Source of the DNA: Trichodelitschia bisporula | Taxonomy: Eukaryota | Direction: 5' to 3' | DNA length: 64,000 nucleotides | Assembly (NCBI GenBank): GCA_010356995.1 | Contig: ML996711.1 | Location: 62,001-126,000, forward strand | Part shown: piece after piece, positions 1 through 13,391 of the stretch | Position numbering within the stretch: the first letter of the stretch is position 1 | How the letters are laid out: every line of letters starts with the position of its first letter | Program-made: the position numbers and the translations under genes | Notes under the pieces: model-generated | Seen by the model: only the letters and a program-made list of their open reading frames with translations | Databases searched by the model: none | Told to the model about the DNA's origin: nothing

Positions 1-3000
1 CTTACCTCGCAACAAAAGAACTGTCCGGCCTCTTAAGGTCTGTTTGAGCTCGGTATGAGGAAGGGCAACGGGGCCGAATACTTTCCTCTGCGTTAGCTAA
101 CAAGTTTACAGGGCATTGAATGCACACAAGCTGTCCAGCGGCCCAACTCGCTAGCCTCGCTGCATTGATGCCAGCTCAGGCGCCAAATGATGATAGTCGA
201 TGTACGAGGCTGAGCCTTCGGGCCGAATTCCAAGGCTTCATTACCTTCCAACGACGTGGCCGAAGGGTATGTGGTTCAGTCCGCTGCCTTTGACACGTTT
301 CTGCGCATCAAGCAGTCTTGTGACTCCAAATGCATATGGACATGCCATGGCTCCTGCATCTTCTCAGTCGATGAGGGTTGTTGCGAGTGCCATCCATAGG
401 CTCAGCCAGGCATCGTGCAAGGCATCAACTCTGCCCAATGAGAGGAAGTCGTGGTGAGGTGCCGCTCCCAAGTTCGCCCGGAACAGAATACTTCTGGAAT
501 GACCAAAACCAATTGGTCTACTCGCTCGGTTTATGTCGACTAGCTGCGGCTGTTTTCTCCAAAATAGGATTTGGGTTGCTTTCTCTTCCGCGATGCGATG
601 CCTCGGCGTGGGGATGGGGAACCGGGTAGCATTCCGAAGACGAAGCCAAAGGCCAATCAGTCCACAGGAGCCCTCAGCACGGTGTCTGGCATACTGTTGG
701 ACCAAGGACATGGACAAAAGTGAGAAGGTGTCAAAAGTGAAAAGGAGCTATGGGACGGGGCCACTCCTTTTATGGCCGTCCGCCTCGCTGGCGCCCTGTC
801 CGGGGTATAGCTTCAAATCTGCGCTGTCGGCACCTCGATCGAACCGAACAACATTCATGCAACTAGATCAGGACGCGGCAGGCGGAATATAATGCGACAC
901 CCTTGTCGAGAACGGCTTATGTCACCTGGCAAGCAACAAGTGTACAAGTTTGCCCCGTGGGTCGCTTCTCTGGGCCTCATATTTAGACGGGCGTGTTTGA
1001 TGATGTGGCAATCACATCGAGGTGGTCGTCATCGTATGGAAAGCGCTCTCTGGAATGTGAAGAGAGTCCGTGGAGCTGGAACCTGGAAGTCTCGTTCTTC
1101 GGGCTTGGATTGGAAGAGTGGAAATCCAAGGGGATATGGTGCTGAAATTGGGCAGCATGCACGGTATAAAGGTTCGTGAGCGTATGTACCATAGGAGGTG
1201 CATGATGGCGATATGATGGCGATATGATGAAGGAGATGTGGACGGCGTCGTCGGTCAAAAGGTCCGCAGGTGAGTTCCTTCGTTCTTATTGACTGGCCCC
1301 ACAAAAGCCAAAAGCACCTTCCCGCCGTGTGGAACTGTGGTCCGTTCATCTGCTAGCCGAATCAGGAAACGTCTATCGTGAGGCATTAGACCGCGAGATG
1401 CGCAAAACGGGCACTCTCTCTTCCTTTGCATTCAATTTTGCTTCCTGGGACTCAAAGAACCGAAAGGATGTCGCCATGAAGATTTATCACTACGGATGTA
1501 CCTCCGTACACCCAGGTCTCAAGGAGTTGCCCCATCAACACACACAGGCCGAGAATTCGCTCTCGAATCTGTGCGAGGCCCGACCGGTGAGATGAGGATG
1601 TGGTGGCAGGTACTCGTAAATGCCGCCACCACGGCTCGATGCTTTTTGCGGAAGCCTCATATTTATCCGGCCCGCCTTACTTTCCTAATGGCGTCCAACA
1701 TCGCCCCAGCTTCCCCTGGACAAGCTCACCAACGGAATCATGGGCAATTGGATTCGCTTGTAAGACTTGAAAGTCTTCCGTCAGTGATGGCATCCTTCAC
1801 CGGGTCTGAGGACGGGATGGCCCGGCTGGAGCACTCAGAGACCCGATGAATGTCTGTGTCAAGATATCACGAACAGCCAGAAACAGGCTTTGAGAATGAA
1901 CTATCCACGATCTGGATATGAAAACTTTGAGACTACAGGCATTCGAAGCATCTTGGGTGGTGAAGTGGTCCAAAGATTGATGCGAAAGGCTCTGACAAGC
2001 AAACAGTAGTGTGATTTTCTGGCCGACTGGGCCCATTTCCTAATGGGGCTAACTAAGCCTATGTCATTCCACATCGGTTATCCGGGCAAGCTCCAACTTT
2101 CGCAATGTGAATCCATCCAAGGCTTCGTTTTGGGCGGACGGGGAAGAAGTTTTGTTGAAGCTTTGTCCGTGCTGATATCTCTTGAATACGGGAAGGGGGG
2201 GGGGGGGCTAGTCCAGGGCAGTTTTGACAGTCGGAGGAAGTATCGGATGCGGATGAAACATGCACCAGGTTTCGGCCAGATGTGAGCAGTCTCGGGGGAA
2301 CGGGCCGCGATTAGGTAGAACCTAGCCACTCGACTGTCCGGACCGATCCGAAGCGGCAGCGGGAAATTGATTTTTTGCATTCGGGGATGAAAGGTAGATG
2401 GCGAATTTGGGAGCCGTTGATGTCGTCTCGGGCCTTCTTGGCCACGGCGGCCCCATTATGTACGTACGCTAGTATTGTACGTAGTACGGTATGCATAGCA
2501 CAATGGCAATGCAGCTTTACCGTGGTAGCCAGTGTTCAACCTTCACACGACGTATAATCCGTACCCTGGGTCGAGCAAGGAAGTGTGAGGGTGGCTGACT
2601 ATCGAACCTTTTGCCTCTTCCAGGGCTGGCGGCTAGTGCGTGAGGGCAAGGCCATTGAAGTCTGGACTTATGCTATGCCGTCACGGCCGGCCAGCCTTCC
2701 AGCCCCTCCCCTCCAAACAGCCTCACCTCAGCCAGCCTGGCATAAATGAAGCTTGTCGCGCCAGCCACAGCACCAAGCAAATACCGGTACGCTTCGTACG
2801 CGTCAAGCTTCGCCTAGATGTTTTCATCTCCGCAACCCAAGCCCCTAGTCTCGTCCTCCAGTCTCCACATTTCTTTTACCCCACGCGGAAGCTAAGCGTC
2901 CTTGGTCCAAGTCAACACACCCTAAACCAAAGTGAAAGTAAAGTGACGATGGGGCTGGGAGAAGGCAAGATGGCAAGATGGAGAGGAAGCAACACATGGG

Positions 3001-3406
3001 ACAAAACTCACTCTGTCACACCCAACACGTTTGTATCAAGTGAATTAACTAACGTCTTCACTCCACGATTGTCCAACCCACCCCTTCCAACTTGCCAACA
3101 TCCAACAACCCCACGCCCAGTTGGTAAACTTCCACTGTGCGTCCGCGCGCTCTTGGCCTTTCCTTGGTTGTTGATCTTCTCCTCCGCCCATTTGCCAGCG
3201 ACAACACAGCTGAACTGCAAGAAAACCGAGGAAACCTCTCACCTCCGCATTCGACTGCTCTTGCCCTCAACCTCTTCCCTGCCTACGTCGCTGCTGCTAA
3301 ACCTGCGAGCCAAGCGGCCTCTCTCGCCCCACGCCCGGCGCCTACCGACTGCACCCGTCGTTCCCACCTCCTCCGGCCTCCTCCCCCCCCCAAATAGACG
3401 ACGCAA

Positions 3407-4971
3407 ATGACTTCACGCCCCAAACCGCACAGCTCTCACGGCCAGCGTGACAATTTCGCCATGTCCACCGAACCCAAGGGTCCCGCTGAAACTGCCTACC
3501 CGCCGCATCGTCACTCGCTGCCTCTCCACCATGGCAAGAAGGTCACCAAGGGCGTTCGTGCCGATGGCGAAAGTGGTCGGCGTGGCATACACCCGATAAA
3601 GTTCCTGAGGATCTGCTTCCGGAGCAGTTGTACGCTGTCCAAATGGGTCAATGTGCTCTGGCCGTTTGTAATCGCTTCGTTCGCCTTGGTATGCTTCCTT
3701 CTGGTTTACATTGTCAATTGAGCTGCTTCTGGGACAAGTTCGCTGACGGGCCCGCGCAGAGGTACGCTCGCCCTCATCAAGATCTCTGGATCTTCATCCT
3801 CAGCTACATTGCCATGGTGCCAGCCGCGAACCTCCTCGGCTTCTCAGGCCAGGAATTTGCTCGTAAACTCCCCCACGTCGTCGGTGTCTTGCTGGAAACT
3901 ACCTTCGGCTCGCTCGTCGAGATCATCCTGTTCATGGTCTTGATCAAGAAGGGCGAGACAGCAGTCCCCATCATCAAGGCCGCGATTCTGGGATCCATTC
4001 TGGCCAATCTGCTGCTGTGCCTTGGGCTTTGTTTCTTCGCTGGTGGACTACGGAGGGATGAGCAAGTGTTCCATGACGCTATCAGCGAGGTCGGAGGCAA
4101 CCTGATGCTCGTCGCCGGCAGTACGTCCTCTTACCTCGATAACGCCCGCACTAACATCTCGCAGTGGGTCTCATCGTCCCCGCCGTCTTCAGCACCGCCC
4201 TGACAACCGACGTGCAAGACGTCACGAATAAGACGCTGAAGATTAGCCGCGCATCGAGCATCATCCTACTGGTCGCCTACCTGGTCTACGTCTTCTTCCA
4301 AATGCGTTCGCATCACTCCCTCTACGACGAAGTCCTTCGCAGTGACGAAGCCAAGGACACCGACCGCGATCGCGATATGTGGAAGGCCAAGCTCACCCTG
4401 ACGGAGAGCATCCTCGCCGTGGCCATTTCGCTGACGTGCGTCGCCTTCATGGCCGTCTTCATGGTCGATCGTATCGAGTACCTAGTAGAGCACCGGAACA
4501 TCAAAGACGCGTAAGCCGCCCCTTCCACCCGACCCGTATTGAGCACTAACACCCGACAGCTTCGTCGGCCTCATCCTCATCCCGCTAGTTGAAAAAGCAG
4601 CAGAGCACATCACCGCCGTCGACGAAGCCTGGGACAACCAGATGAACTTCGCCCTGGCTCACATCCTCGGCTCCTCGATTCAGACCGCGCTTCTCAACAC
4701 ACCCCTCGTTGTAATGGTCGGTTGGGGCCTCGGTGTCGGCATGGACCTCAATTTCGAGATCTTCGACGCCGTGGTGCTTATCCTGGCTATCATCGTGGTC
4801 GGCAACTTTCTCCGCGATAATAAGAGCAACTACCTCGAGGGCGTGCTTTGTGTCCTGGTTTACGTTATCATTGCCATCAGCGCGTTTTATTATCCGAATC
4901 CAGTGAAGCCCGGCGGGGAGGCGTCGGGAGCTGAAGGGGAGGCGAGCGGCGCCGCGCATAGGCGGTTTTGA
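3407..4971 (+). CDS. VCX1: Ca2+/H+ antiporter (CaCA family, VCX1-like), 4 exons
   Basis: Exons 3407-3688, 3760-4120, 4165-4510, 4560-4971 with GT..AG introns and CTGAC/CTAAC branch points. Motifs TFGSLVEII, AAILGSILANLLL, FVGLILIPLVEKAAEH, GSSIQTALL, NYLEG match CaCA alpha repeats. The start could instead be 3461. Confidence 0.9.
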
Positions 4972-5719
4972 TGGAAGGGTTGAAGTGATGTCTTAGGAGG
5001 TGGAAAGTAGCGAAGGTGTGTTGTTGCTGTTTACATTCCGCACATGGTAGTTTAGCAACGGAGTTTAGGACCGGGGTGCCACATTAGGGAGATACGGGGG
5101 GTTCAAGCGCTGTAGCTCTACGTTACCATGTCCTCATAGAGTATCCACATGGAATATCCACATGGGTGCCATGGAACCGATGTGAAAGTCACAGGTAATA
5201 CCGCAATCAAATGTAATCGTTCAGCACGCTGGGTATTCAGGCCCGGTCCTCTTGATCCGGCCACGGCTATAGCGTAACGCCATCCCCAACTGTGTAACAA
5301 GCCGCGTGCTCTACGCCGGCATCGCGGGTAGCGGTAGCAGTACCACACCAAGAAAAAGGCAGTCGCGTAGTAGCGAGGCCCGTAGGCCCGCCAAACAAAT
5401 TCACCGATTCGCCGTAGCCGACCCCGTGCCCAACCCAGCTAGTCCATTCCATCCGAACAACCAAAGAAGCCCTCAGCCGAAGACGAGAATATTCCCCCAC
5501 CGACCCGCAACGCGCGTGCTTGATTATCGTACAGCTTTCGAAAATTCCGCAAACCTGAACCGCAAAATAAATACTAACAATGGTGGTATCTCGTAAAATA
5601 GTCATTGACCGAACCGCCCAACCCGCCTGAAGTACCGAATTCCGAAACCCCATTCATAAAAAGCCCTCAAACAAAAAGAGTTCAGTGCTGCCGCCCATCC
5701 GAAAAATGCCGTGCGTGAA

Positions 5720-8700
5720 TCAGCTGGTGCTCCCCATGACCACATCACGCCCCTCTGCTGGCTCGCGCTTCATGCGATCCTCTGACTTGGCCTCGCTCGA
5801 GTTGTCGTTGACCACGGCTGGCGTAACCGCAACTTCCGGTTTCTTCTCGTCCGTTGGACTCGCCGTGCTCCCGTTCGTCGCCGCTTGCGCTTGCACCATC
5901 GCGTCCTGCTTCTTGCGCCGGCTGGTGTAGTCGCTTAGACTGAGCTTCTTCTTCGCGGCTACAGGGGTCAAGATGCTTGTGAGAGAGGGTGAGACGAGTG
6001 GCGCTTGGGTGGTGGAGAAAGTTGGTGAGGGTAGGGTTGTGGATATCGAGAGTGGCGGGACGGAGGGCTGAGTGGCGATCGCTGGTGGAGCACTGGGAGT
6101 GGCGACGGCCGGAGGTGGAGGGCGGTCGATATTCGACGCAGGAGTGGCCGGGACGGGGAATGGTGTAGAAGGGGGCGGAGGCGAATGTTCGGCCTGGGGC
6201 TTGGGAGCAGGAGGTGGGGTGGTCTCCTTCGCGGGTGGAGGGGCAGCAGCCGGCTGGTCATGCACAAGGGGTACAGAAACGTCCTTTTTGGTCCTAAGCA
6301 ACGGCTGTGGCTCGACCGGTGCCGATGGACTCGGGAGCTTGAGATTAAAGGGTGATTTTGGCGGATCCTCTGCAACCGTGGGCGGCTTTACTGGCTCGGG
6401 TGATGCCGTGATTTCTGCCCTTAATGGCTGAGCTGGCGGCTCAGAGCCAGAGGTATCCATGGCATCCGGCACAGGAGACGGTTCCGGGTGGGACAGAACA
6501 GTCGGTGCGTCTGTCAAGACGACATCACCGTCTCCATCCACACCGGATTGAACCGGCTCAGATTCCTCGTTGGTCGCAGAGGCATTGGGAGCTTGGTCGA
6601 CGACGTGAGCAGGAAGTGGGGGAGGCGGCATGCTCGAACTAGCGTCTGGCGGTGCGGAAGCGGTTGAGACAGCGGGGGCCTCTTCGACGTTTTGCTCCGG
6701 AGTTTCAGATGCCTTAACAGCTGCGGCTGCAGCTTCTTCAGCCAAGCGCTGGCGGAACTTCTGCAGACGGCGCATCTTCTGGGACCAACGATTGCCATCG
6801 TCTCGGAAGACGTATGAACCCGGGACGTCTGGTGGAGTGTCTGTCTGAGTAGAGACATCAAGGAAAAGTTTGGCAGGGGCTCGAGGCTTAGAGATGCCTG
6901 CACGCTTGACGTGTTCGGGCAAAGTCACGTGTCCCTTATTGCTGTGGACAGTGGGCGTAGGAGAAGGGGCTTGCCCATCGGCTCCACCGAGTTGCCGCTG
7001 AGCGGACTTAGTATATGGAAAATTGGGAAGCTTCATCGAAGGACTTACGGAGCTTTGAGCGCTGGGCGTATTCAGTGCAGAACCCGCACTGTGCCTCTTC
7101 TTCTTGTTCCCATGCTGCTCGTCAAGCTCCATCTTCTCGAACAGTCGCTCCTGCTGTAGAAGCTTCCTCTTTTCCCGATCAGAGAGTTCAACTCCTCCGA
7201 GCCCAAGTCCGGTCTCGGTATGCGCCAGTGGGGTGATATCTCGACTAGAGGGCTTGCTCCGTGAGGATGCTGACACAGAGCGGCTCTCTGCGTAGTCGTC
7301 CTCGACGTCACCTGGAATGACGGCCTCGCTTCCGGCACGACTGTTTGTGGCGCGACCTGTGCTCAACGGCGATATTTGTGTTCCTTTTTTGGACCTGCGC
7401 GACTTGGTGGGCTTCAAAATCTGTTGCGGCTCTGGAGGTGGAATCCGGTGTCGCAGGTCAAACCCAGAGAACAAACAAGCGCCCTGTCCTTGGCGCCCAC
7501 AGGCGCAGCCTCCAAAGTTACACAGTAGAGTAGTCACCCAGTTTGACAGGAAGGCATCATCCTCAGGCTGAAGAGTCACGTGGTTGAATTTCCAGTCGCG
7601 AAGGATATTCATGCATTTTCCGTTGTGCCACGCGATGGTCAACTCTTCGCCCTCCTCTATTTCTCTGGACGATACGAGGCAGAAGCGATAGTCCGTACCA
7701 AGGATGATAACTTGGATCTCGGCGTTCGGGTTGCAGCTTCTGCGCACGTAGCGCATCTGTGTACCCTCCTCGCGGGAGTCGATGTAAATGGGAAGTTTGT
7801 CGTAGAAGAACACGAAGGGCTCGGGGTGCTCGAGCTCCTTCCACCGGTTCTTTGGGTCATCCATGTAGTCGCGTGTGTGTCCAATGGTCCCTCTCATCTC
7901 TCCAAGGTAGGCGTTCGGTCCGGCATCCTTGTTAACAGTGAGCCATTGTTGAATCGGATGTTGACCGTGAACAGTGATTGCCATGACTTCCTCACGGTGG
8001 AGAGTCGCGCCAGGCGATGTCTCTTCCAACTTCTCCATAGGCCGGTCCCAGCGCTGGAAGACTTCGCGTGGTGTCAGACCCATGGTGACCTCCTGCAGTG
8101 ATTCCACATCGTTGAGCCACGACGCGAAGCTGTCGGTGACAGATATGCTCGAGAAGATGTTGCTCTTCGCGTGCGCAAATGCGCGCCGATGGAGCAACAT
8201 AAACTCCTGGCTATAATACTCTCCAGTATATCCGGCTTTGGGTGCCCAAGAGGCCTTGACAGGCGTGGAAGCGACAGTGTTCGATCCCGCACGTTTGCGC
8301 TGACTTCCAGCAGCTATGTTATGAGCTACACCGCTTGTTGAGGACGTGTTGCGATGATTGGTTTTCGGGCGCTTCGTCGGTGGGGGTTGATCTCGTGGAC
8401 TGCTCGCCGCGCGGTCTGCGTTGTTCGACTGCTCCGGATGGGCCCAGCCATTTGTGGTAACAGGTTCTTTGGCTCGTTTTTTCTGGCTTTTGGCGGGAGC
8501 CCGCTTCCCTTTACGATCACCCGAAGCGGCTGCAATGCGCGACTGGCGCTGCCGCTCTGCCGCGCTTCTGGCATCGTAAGGGCGCGGGCGACACTGGACA
8601 CACTCATGAACCTCGGGAACCTGACTGCCAGGGTAGTAGCACTTGATATGCTGCCAGGTGCGGCAAACCTCGCAGTATACCGTGTTGCCGTCATCGTCGC

Positions 8701-8884
8701 TGTAGCCGCAAAAACATTTTATTGTTGATTCGTCGTCCTCCACTGCGCTCCCTAGGGTTGGCGAGTATCCGTTGGCGAAAGACCCGTTGGTGACAGGCGG
8801 TAGAGCAACGGGCGCATACGCAGCGGTGCCCAAAACGTGCTGAGGCTCAGCATGCGTTTGCAAAAGAGTGGGATCAGTCATCAT
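5720..8884 (-). CDS. SET3: PHD finger + SET domain protein (Set3/Set4-like) with long P/S-rich C-terminus
   Basis: PHD finger IKCFCGYSDDDGNTVYCEVCRTWQHIKC..CVQC. The SET domain has the Set3-type RRSCNPN in place of the canonical NHSC. KKKLSLSDY near the C-terminus. Likely intron 6998-7048 (GTAAGT..CAG). Confidence 0.85.
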   Translation of the reverse strand: MMTDPTLLQTHAEPQHVLGTAAYAPVALPPVTNGSFANGYSPTLGSAVEDDESTIKCFCGYSDDDGNTVYCEVCRTWQHIKCYYPGSQVPEVHECVQCRPRPYDARSAAERQRQSRIAAASGDRKGKRAPAKSQKKRAKEPVTTNGWAHPEQSNNADRAASSPRDQPPPTKRPKTNHRNTSSTSGVAHNIAAGSQRKRAGSNTVASTPVKASWAPKAGYTGEYYSQEFMLLHRRAFAHAKSNIFSSISVTDSFASWLNDVESLQEVTMGLTPREVFQRWDRPMEKLEETSPGATLHREEVMAITVHGQHPIQQWLTVNKDAGPNAYLGEMRGTIGHTRDYMDDPKNRWKELEHPEPFVFFYDKLPIYIDSREEGTQMRYVRRSCNPNAEIQVIILGTDYRFCLVSSREIEEGEELTIAWHNGKCMNILRDWKFNHVTLQPEDDAFLSNWVTTLLCNFGGCACGRQGQGACLFSGFDLRHRIPPPEPQQILKPTKSRRSKKGTQISPLSTGRATNSRAGSEAVIPGDVEDDYAESRSVSASSRSKPSSRDITPLAHTETGLGLGGVELSDREKRKLLQQERLFEKMELDEQHGNKKKRHSAGSALNTPSAQSSVSPSMKLPNFPYTKSAQRQLGGADGQAPSPTPTVHSNKGHVTLPEHVKRAGISKPRAPAKLFLDVSTQTDTPPDVPGSYVFRDDGNRWSQKMRRLQKFRQRLAEEAAAAAVKASETPEQNVEEAPAVSTASAPPDASSSMPPPPLPAHVVDQAPNASATNEESEPVQSGVDGDGDVVLTDAPTVLSHPEPSPVPDAMDTSGSEPPAQPLRAEITASPEPVKPPTVAEDPPKSPFNLKLPSPSAPVEPQPLLRTKKDVSVPLVHDQPAAAPPPAKETTPPPAPKPQAEHSPPPPSTPFPVPATPASNIDRPPPPAVATPSAPPAIATQPSVPPLSISTTLPSPTFSTTQAPLVSPSLTSILTPVAAKKKLSLSDYTSRRKKQDAMVQAQAATNGSTASPTDEKKPEVAVTPAVVNDNSSEAKSEDRMKREPAEGRDVVMGSTS

Positions 8885-11800
8885 CCGTTGCAAGTCCCGA
8901 GAACGGTGATGAAAGGTGTTCGAAAAAGAGATTCAGTCTATCCGATGCCGTGATCGCATGACGACGACCGCGTCTTAGGAGCTTGGTGGATCTGACGAAC
9001 GACAACCGGATGAAGAGCGATGCAGAGAGCAGAACGTCGCCCTCAACGAGTCTTTTGGATGGACCTGCTGATGCGAAATCTCTGTCTCAGCTTTCACCCG
9101 CAGCTCACCAAGCGCACCGACGACGAGGAGAAGACGGCCGTCCAGACGGCAGAAAGGCCACGTTTCGACGCAGCAGTATGACGAGTCGTCACCGGCAGCT
9201 GCTCCCGAAATGGATCTTGGGTATGACGCCTTCGAGGCGAGTTCGAGAAGACGGAAGGGTGGTTGAGAGTGTGGTTCTTAGGAGGCGGAGAACACGGTGG
9301 AGCGCGAGGGGAACAATGGCGCTTATCGGGGCGATGAGGACAATCGCGGGTGGAGCTGGAGAAGGATGAGGTGGAGAAATGTCGTGCGACTAGTGAAGGT
9401 TTGTGGAGGGAAGGGAGATTGTTTCTGGTGCTTCGGATGGGAGAGATGGGGGGGGGGGCTGCGGGTTGGGAGGCAAGCGTGAGGAACTGAGTTGCGAATC
9501 GAGTGCGTGTGAGAGAGAAAGACGGTTTGGCCAGTGGACCTTTTGCGCTAGACTCACATTGGACAGAAGCGGCTTGGCTTTCCATGGTTTGGGAGGGGGG
9601 GCTTGGCATACGGTGTTCGTTAGGCGTGATTGTGGATGCCTGGGGACACGAGATTTTCATGTCGCGTTCCGAAAACTCAAGTGGAGCAAATCACGAAGTT
9701 GCCTGAAGAGAGACATGAGAAACTTTAGAGCCGAGTATTCTGTGGTGAAACTCCCCTCTGTCCTCTCTTCTCTTTCCTGTTCTCTTCTCCATTCCTTCAT
9801 TCCTCATACCTTCACTTCTGCAACCCCGGCTGGGACTACTCTGCTGCGCCTGCTTCAATGCAGCGTCAAGGACAACTCAAAAGAGGCCAGAGTGATGGGA
9901 GAAGGAAGGGAATGGAGGGGAAAGAGAGACTGGGATGGCCCTTACGGTAACACTCCAGATGCCAGGTCCAGTATCCGTTGCAAATGCAAGCTCGCCCTGC
10001 GCTCCCCCACCCCCTCATCTGCAGTCTCGTCAACTTTCAACTCTCTGGCCTCTCCTTCTGTTACTGCTCGTCCTCCCGTCGCGCACATCATTCACCACCA
10101 GGGTTACCTCACTTGTTCGTGTCGAAGCGTATTCAAGTACCGAGGGCCAAACCCATTCCTCGTCTCTTGTTCGCCCGCCAGTTCGCCCATGATCCTATCC
10201 CGCCTTCCTCCCCTGACGCCTCCGAGTCCTGGACGCCAGGTTACAGAGTTGGGACGGCGCACGAATCAAGAGTCGTGATTGTGGAGGAGGTGAGCGCTCA
10301 GCCGTTGCGCTTCGGGATAGTAGGATGCGCGTTGGCGGCGGGGCGCGCTTCTCGAAATTGGTGGCCGATGTTCTGCACTATCTCTCTACTTAAACTAGAA
10401 ATGTCCCCCTTCGAACGGGCGTCGTCTTTTGTTGCCTTTTTCGACAGGCATATTGTGTCTATGTTTATGACGATGGCGACTTTAGCTGCATCCAAGAGGT
10501 CAACTCGATCCCGCACGCCGCAGCCCTAGCCTGCAAGAAATGAGCGCAACATGACGAACGAGGACGCGACGCCTCGCAAAGCATGCAGCAGCTTCTGCCA
10601 GATGAATTCTTGGTTAAAAATAAAAATGGGAGTTGGCGACGCGATGGCGAACAAAAGCTTGGTGCGGGCGCCGTTCCGCCAAAAAAGAGGGGGTGTGAGG
10701 GATGGAGTAGGAGGAGGGGCACGTTCGGGTCGCCCGGCTTGAGTGGGCCGGTCTCTCTTTGGCGTTTCGGCCAATCTATTCGCTCGCGCCTTGTTTCGAT
10801 TTTCAACCAACGACGGAACCTCTGCGTTGATTGCATCGCTTCATGAACGAAGATGACGGGGTTTGAGATACAGTAGCGTCCGTTGATGGACCTCACGGCA
10901 GATGCCTTAAGTTGGGATCCGGACCCAGGGCAAACTTCATCTTTCTTTGCGAGCGACAAACAGGCCCTGTCAACCCCATCGCACCGCATCCTTCTGCATC
11001 CCTCTCCAGCCCCTCTTAACCCACATGCTATCGTCCTATATCAACTCGCTACCCAAGGCTGCCATTTAGCCCCAATCCGCTCCTCCTCGTAGACTTCTCA
11101 TGGCCGATTGTCGCAATCGAGCGCCGCACGTTGGCCTCCAGTGGATCTCCCGGAGAAATCTTACCGCCCCACAAAGAGCTGGATGTCGGACCAAAGACTT
11201 CAGAGAGTGGTACGACTTGCGAACAATGAAGTCAATGGAGGGGAGACCTGGAAATAAAAATCTTAAGATCCACCCCTCACTCGGATATACGAGCTTCGCC
11301 AAAATCCCCTTCAGAGCGTTATCTCCGCCGCTACCCGTACCCTTCACAACGCTTCCGCCGCCCGAAACCGATACCCGGTTGAAGCCATCGTCCAGATATC
11401 TTCCTTCCGACATTTGGGCCGAATAGCGCCCGAACTTAAAAGGAGCCACTTAGAGCGGTGCCACGGATGACATAACTAGCAGCTAAAGATGGCTCACAGG
11501 TAGGTATGACGGCCGTCCATGAACAATTTTAACCCGCACCTATCCTTTGCGAGACCCTGCCATTACCTCACCATGTCTCGAAGGAAAACTACCGGCCCTT
11601 GATTCCAGTTCCGACATCTGCGACGATATCATGCCTCTTCACCGCGCTTTGCGTACTCAGTGGGCTGATTGGCATACCGGGCAAACATGTAGCAGTACAT
11701 GGAGATATGTATTCGACCTGAAAGCCAACCTCTCTGAGTTGAAACAAGCGGTCCATGGTCAATTGGTCTTGACGGCAATCCTAATTCTTGGTCCCAGTCG

Positions 11801-12235
11801 CTAACTTCGTCCTATTCGTCGGGGTTGGCTGCGCCTGCAGGTAGCATGCAGCACAGCCGCATCTTGCTCCATATCGAATACCAGCGGCCCATACGACTCG
11901 GGAGTCGGTCGTGAACCACTGGATTGAATGTGAAAAGCCGGCCGGATCCGCAGCCGAAAACATGCGCTTCTCCAACCTGTTTGCGGCATCACCCTTAGCG
12001 TCTTGTACGCACGTAGTGATATGACCTTTGAGGTATGCCGTTCACCCTTATAGCAAGTAAGGGGCTTCAGTGGCTGCGAATGCGCCGATTCAAGTGATCA
12101 ACATCTTGCGTATCTAGGGTAGCTCCAAGCTCTTTGTCAATCAACAGCTAGCAGTTCTGCTTTCAGGGTTTCGCTGCACACCACAGCAGTCTCGTGCAAT
12201 CCGCTCCCACGACATGATGCCAGATCTGAGCCGAA

Positions 12236-12931
12236 TCAATCCGTGGCCTTGTATTTCTTCTGGTACTCATCCAGCCGCTTCAACTCGTCCTCAGAGCCGG
12301 AGCCCCTGAAGAACTCCAAAATGTCGTCGAGGGTCAAGATGGACAGCACGGGAATACCGTACTCCTTCCTGACCGCTCCAATTGTGCTACCCCGCGGCGC
12401 ATCCTCATCCTCGCCCTCCTTAGCGGGCGTCTTCTCCTGACGATCGAACGAGACCACGATGCCCACCAACTCGCCACCCTCCCTCTTTATAATATCGATG
12501 GCGCCGCGAATCGCTGTGCCAGCCGTCATGACGTCGTCGATGATAACGACACGCTTGCCCTTGAGCGGCGCACCAACGATGCTGCCACCTTCGCCGTGAT
12601 TCTTGACTTCCTTGCGATCGAAGCTGTAGCTCACGTTGCCGAAGCGCGCGGGGTCCATTTCGGCTAGCTTATCGAGCGTGGCGGCGGCGAGCGGGATACC
12701 TTTGTAGGCCGGGCCGAAGAGCACATCAAATTCGAGGGCGGGAGTGTGCGAGGCGATGGCGTGGGCGTAGGCGCGGGAGATGGAGCGCAGGTGGGCGGCG
12801 CGGTGGAAGAGTCCCGCGTTGAAGAAATAGGGTGATATGCGGCCGGACTTGAGGGTGAAGGTGCCGAATGAGAGGGCGTTGGCATCGATGCTGTCCTTGA
12901 TGAACTGCATCTTGTATTTTGTGAGAGACAT
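12236..12931 (-). CDS. URA5: Orotate phosphoribosyltransferase, intronless, 231 aa
   Basis: [41 protein letters not shown] and the PRPP motif [12 protein letters not shown]. Start placed at MSLTKYK (ATG 12931). Confidence 0.97.
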   Translation of the reverse strand: MSLTKYKMQFIKDSIDANALSFGTFTLKSGRISPYFFNAGLFHRAAHLRSISRAYAHAIASHTPALEFDVLFGPAYKGIPLAAATLDKLAEMDPARFGNVSYSFDRKEVKNHGEGGSIVGAPLKGKRVVIIDDVMTAGTAIRGAIDIIKREGGELVGIVVSFDRQEKTPAKEGEDEDAPRGSTIGAVRKEYGIPVLSILTLDDILEFFRGSGSEDELKRLDEYQKKYKATD

Positions 12932-13391
12932 GATGGCGGCTGCAGTAGAGGCTTTGGGGGAGGGTGAGGGATGTATTTTCAAAAGATTGTCGCGATGCTT
13001 AGGAGGGGCTATCGACATGGTGGGGCATTTTTTTCGAACCCTGGTGCAATCTGGCGCAGTTGGTTTACAAGTCTACGTGCTCAAAAGACCTTCTCTTGCG
13101 ATATTCGGCAGTGGCAGCTGATCGGAAAGAAGACTAGCTATCGTCTAATCCAGCCCTTCCACTGCTGTACTCACTGTGGTAAAATGCACACTCCGATGCT
13201 CAAATGCGAGGCGTGAGTGATGGATGAGGGGCGGGTCAACAATTCTTGACCAACCAGTGGGTGCTCCGTAGCAAATCGATAAGCGATGCCAAGACTTCAA
13301 CTTTTTTTCGCCTCCAACCTCCGCTTCCCCATCTCAATAGCACATCATCGCTGAGTGCTTTACCCCCCTAAACTTCCCACTCTCCGCAAAG

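Noticed and set aside
1..3400. Many short ORFs, a possible minus-strand exon at 6-87, an 11-bp repeat near 1202-1229, a G13 run at 2195-2207 and GTAC-rich patches
   Set aside because: No recognisable domain or consistent exon chain; treated as intergenic or the promoter of a gene outside the window.
2640..3410. 256-aa ORF whose stop overlaps the VCX1 ATG (ATGA)
   Set aside because: Low-complexity translation of pyrimidine-rich promoter/5' UTR with no homology signal. A uORF role cannot be supported.
8900..12200. ORFs 9094-9660(-), 9403-10278(+), 10298-10516(-) and others
   Set aside because: No protein-like motifs; consistent with a long promoter/5' UTR of the SET3-like gene.
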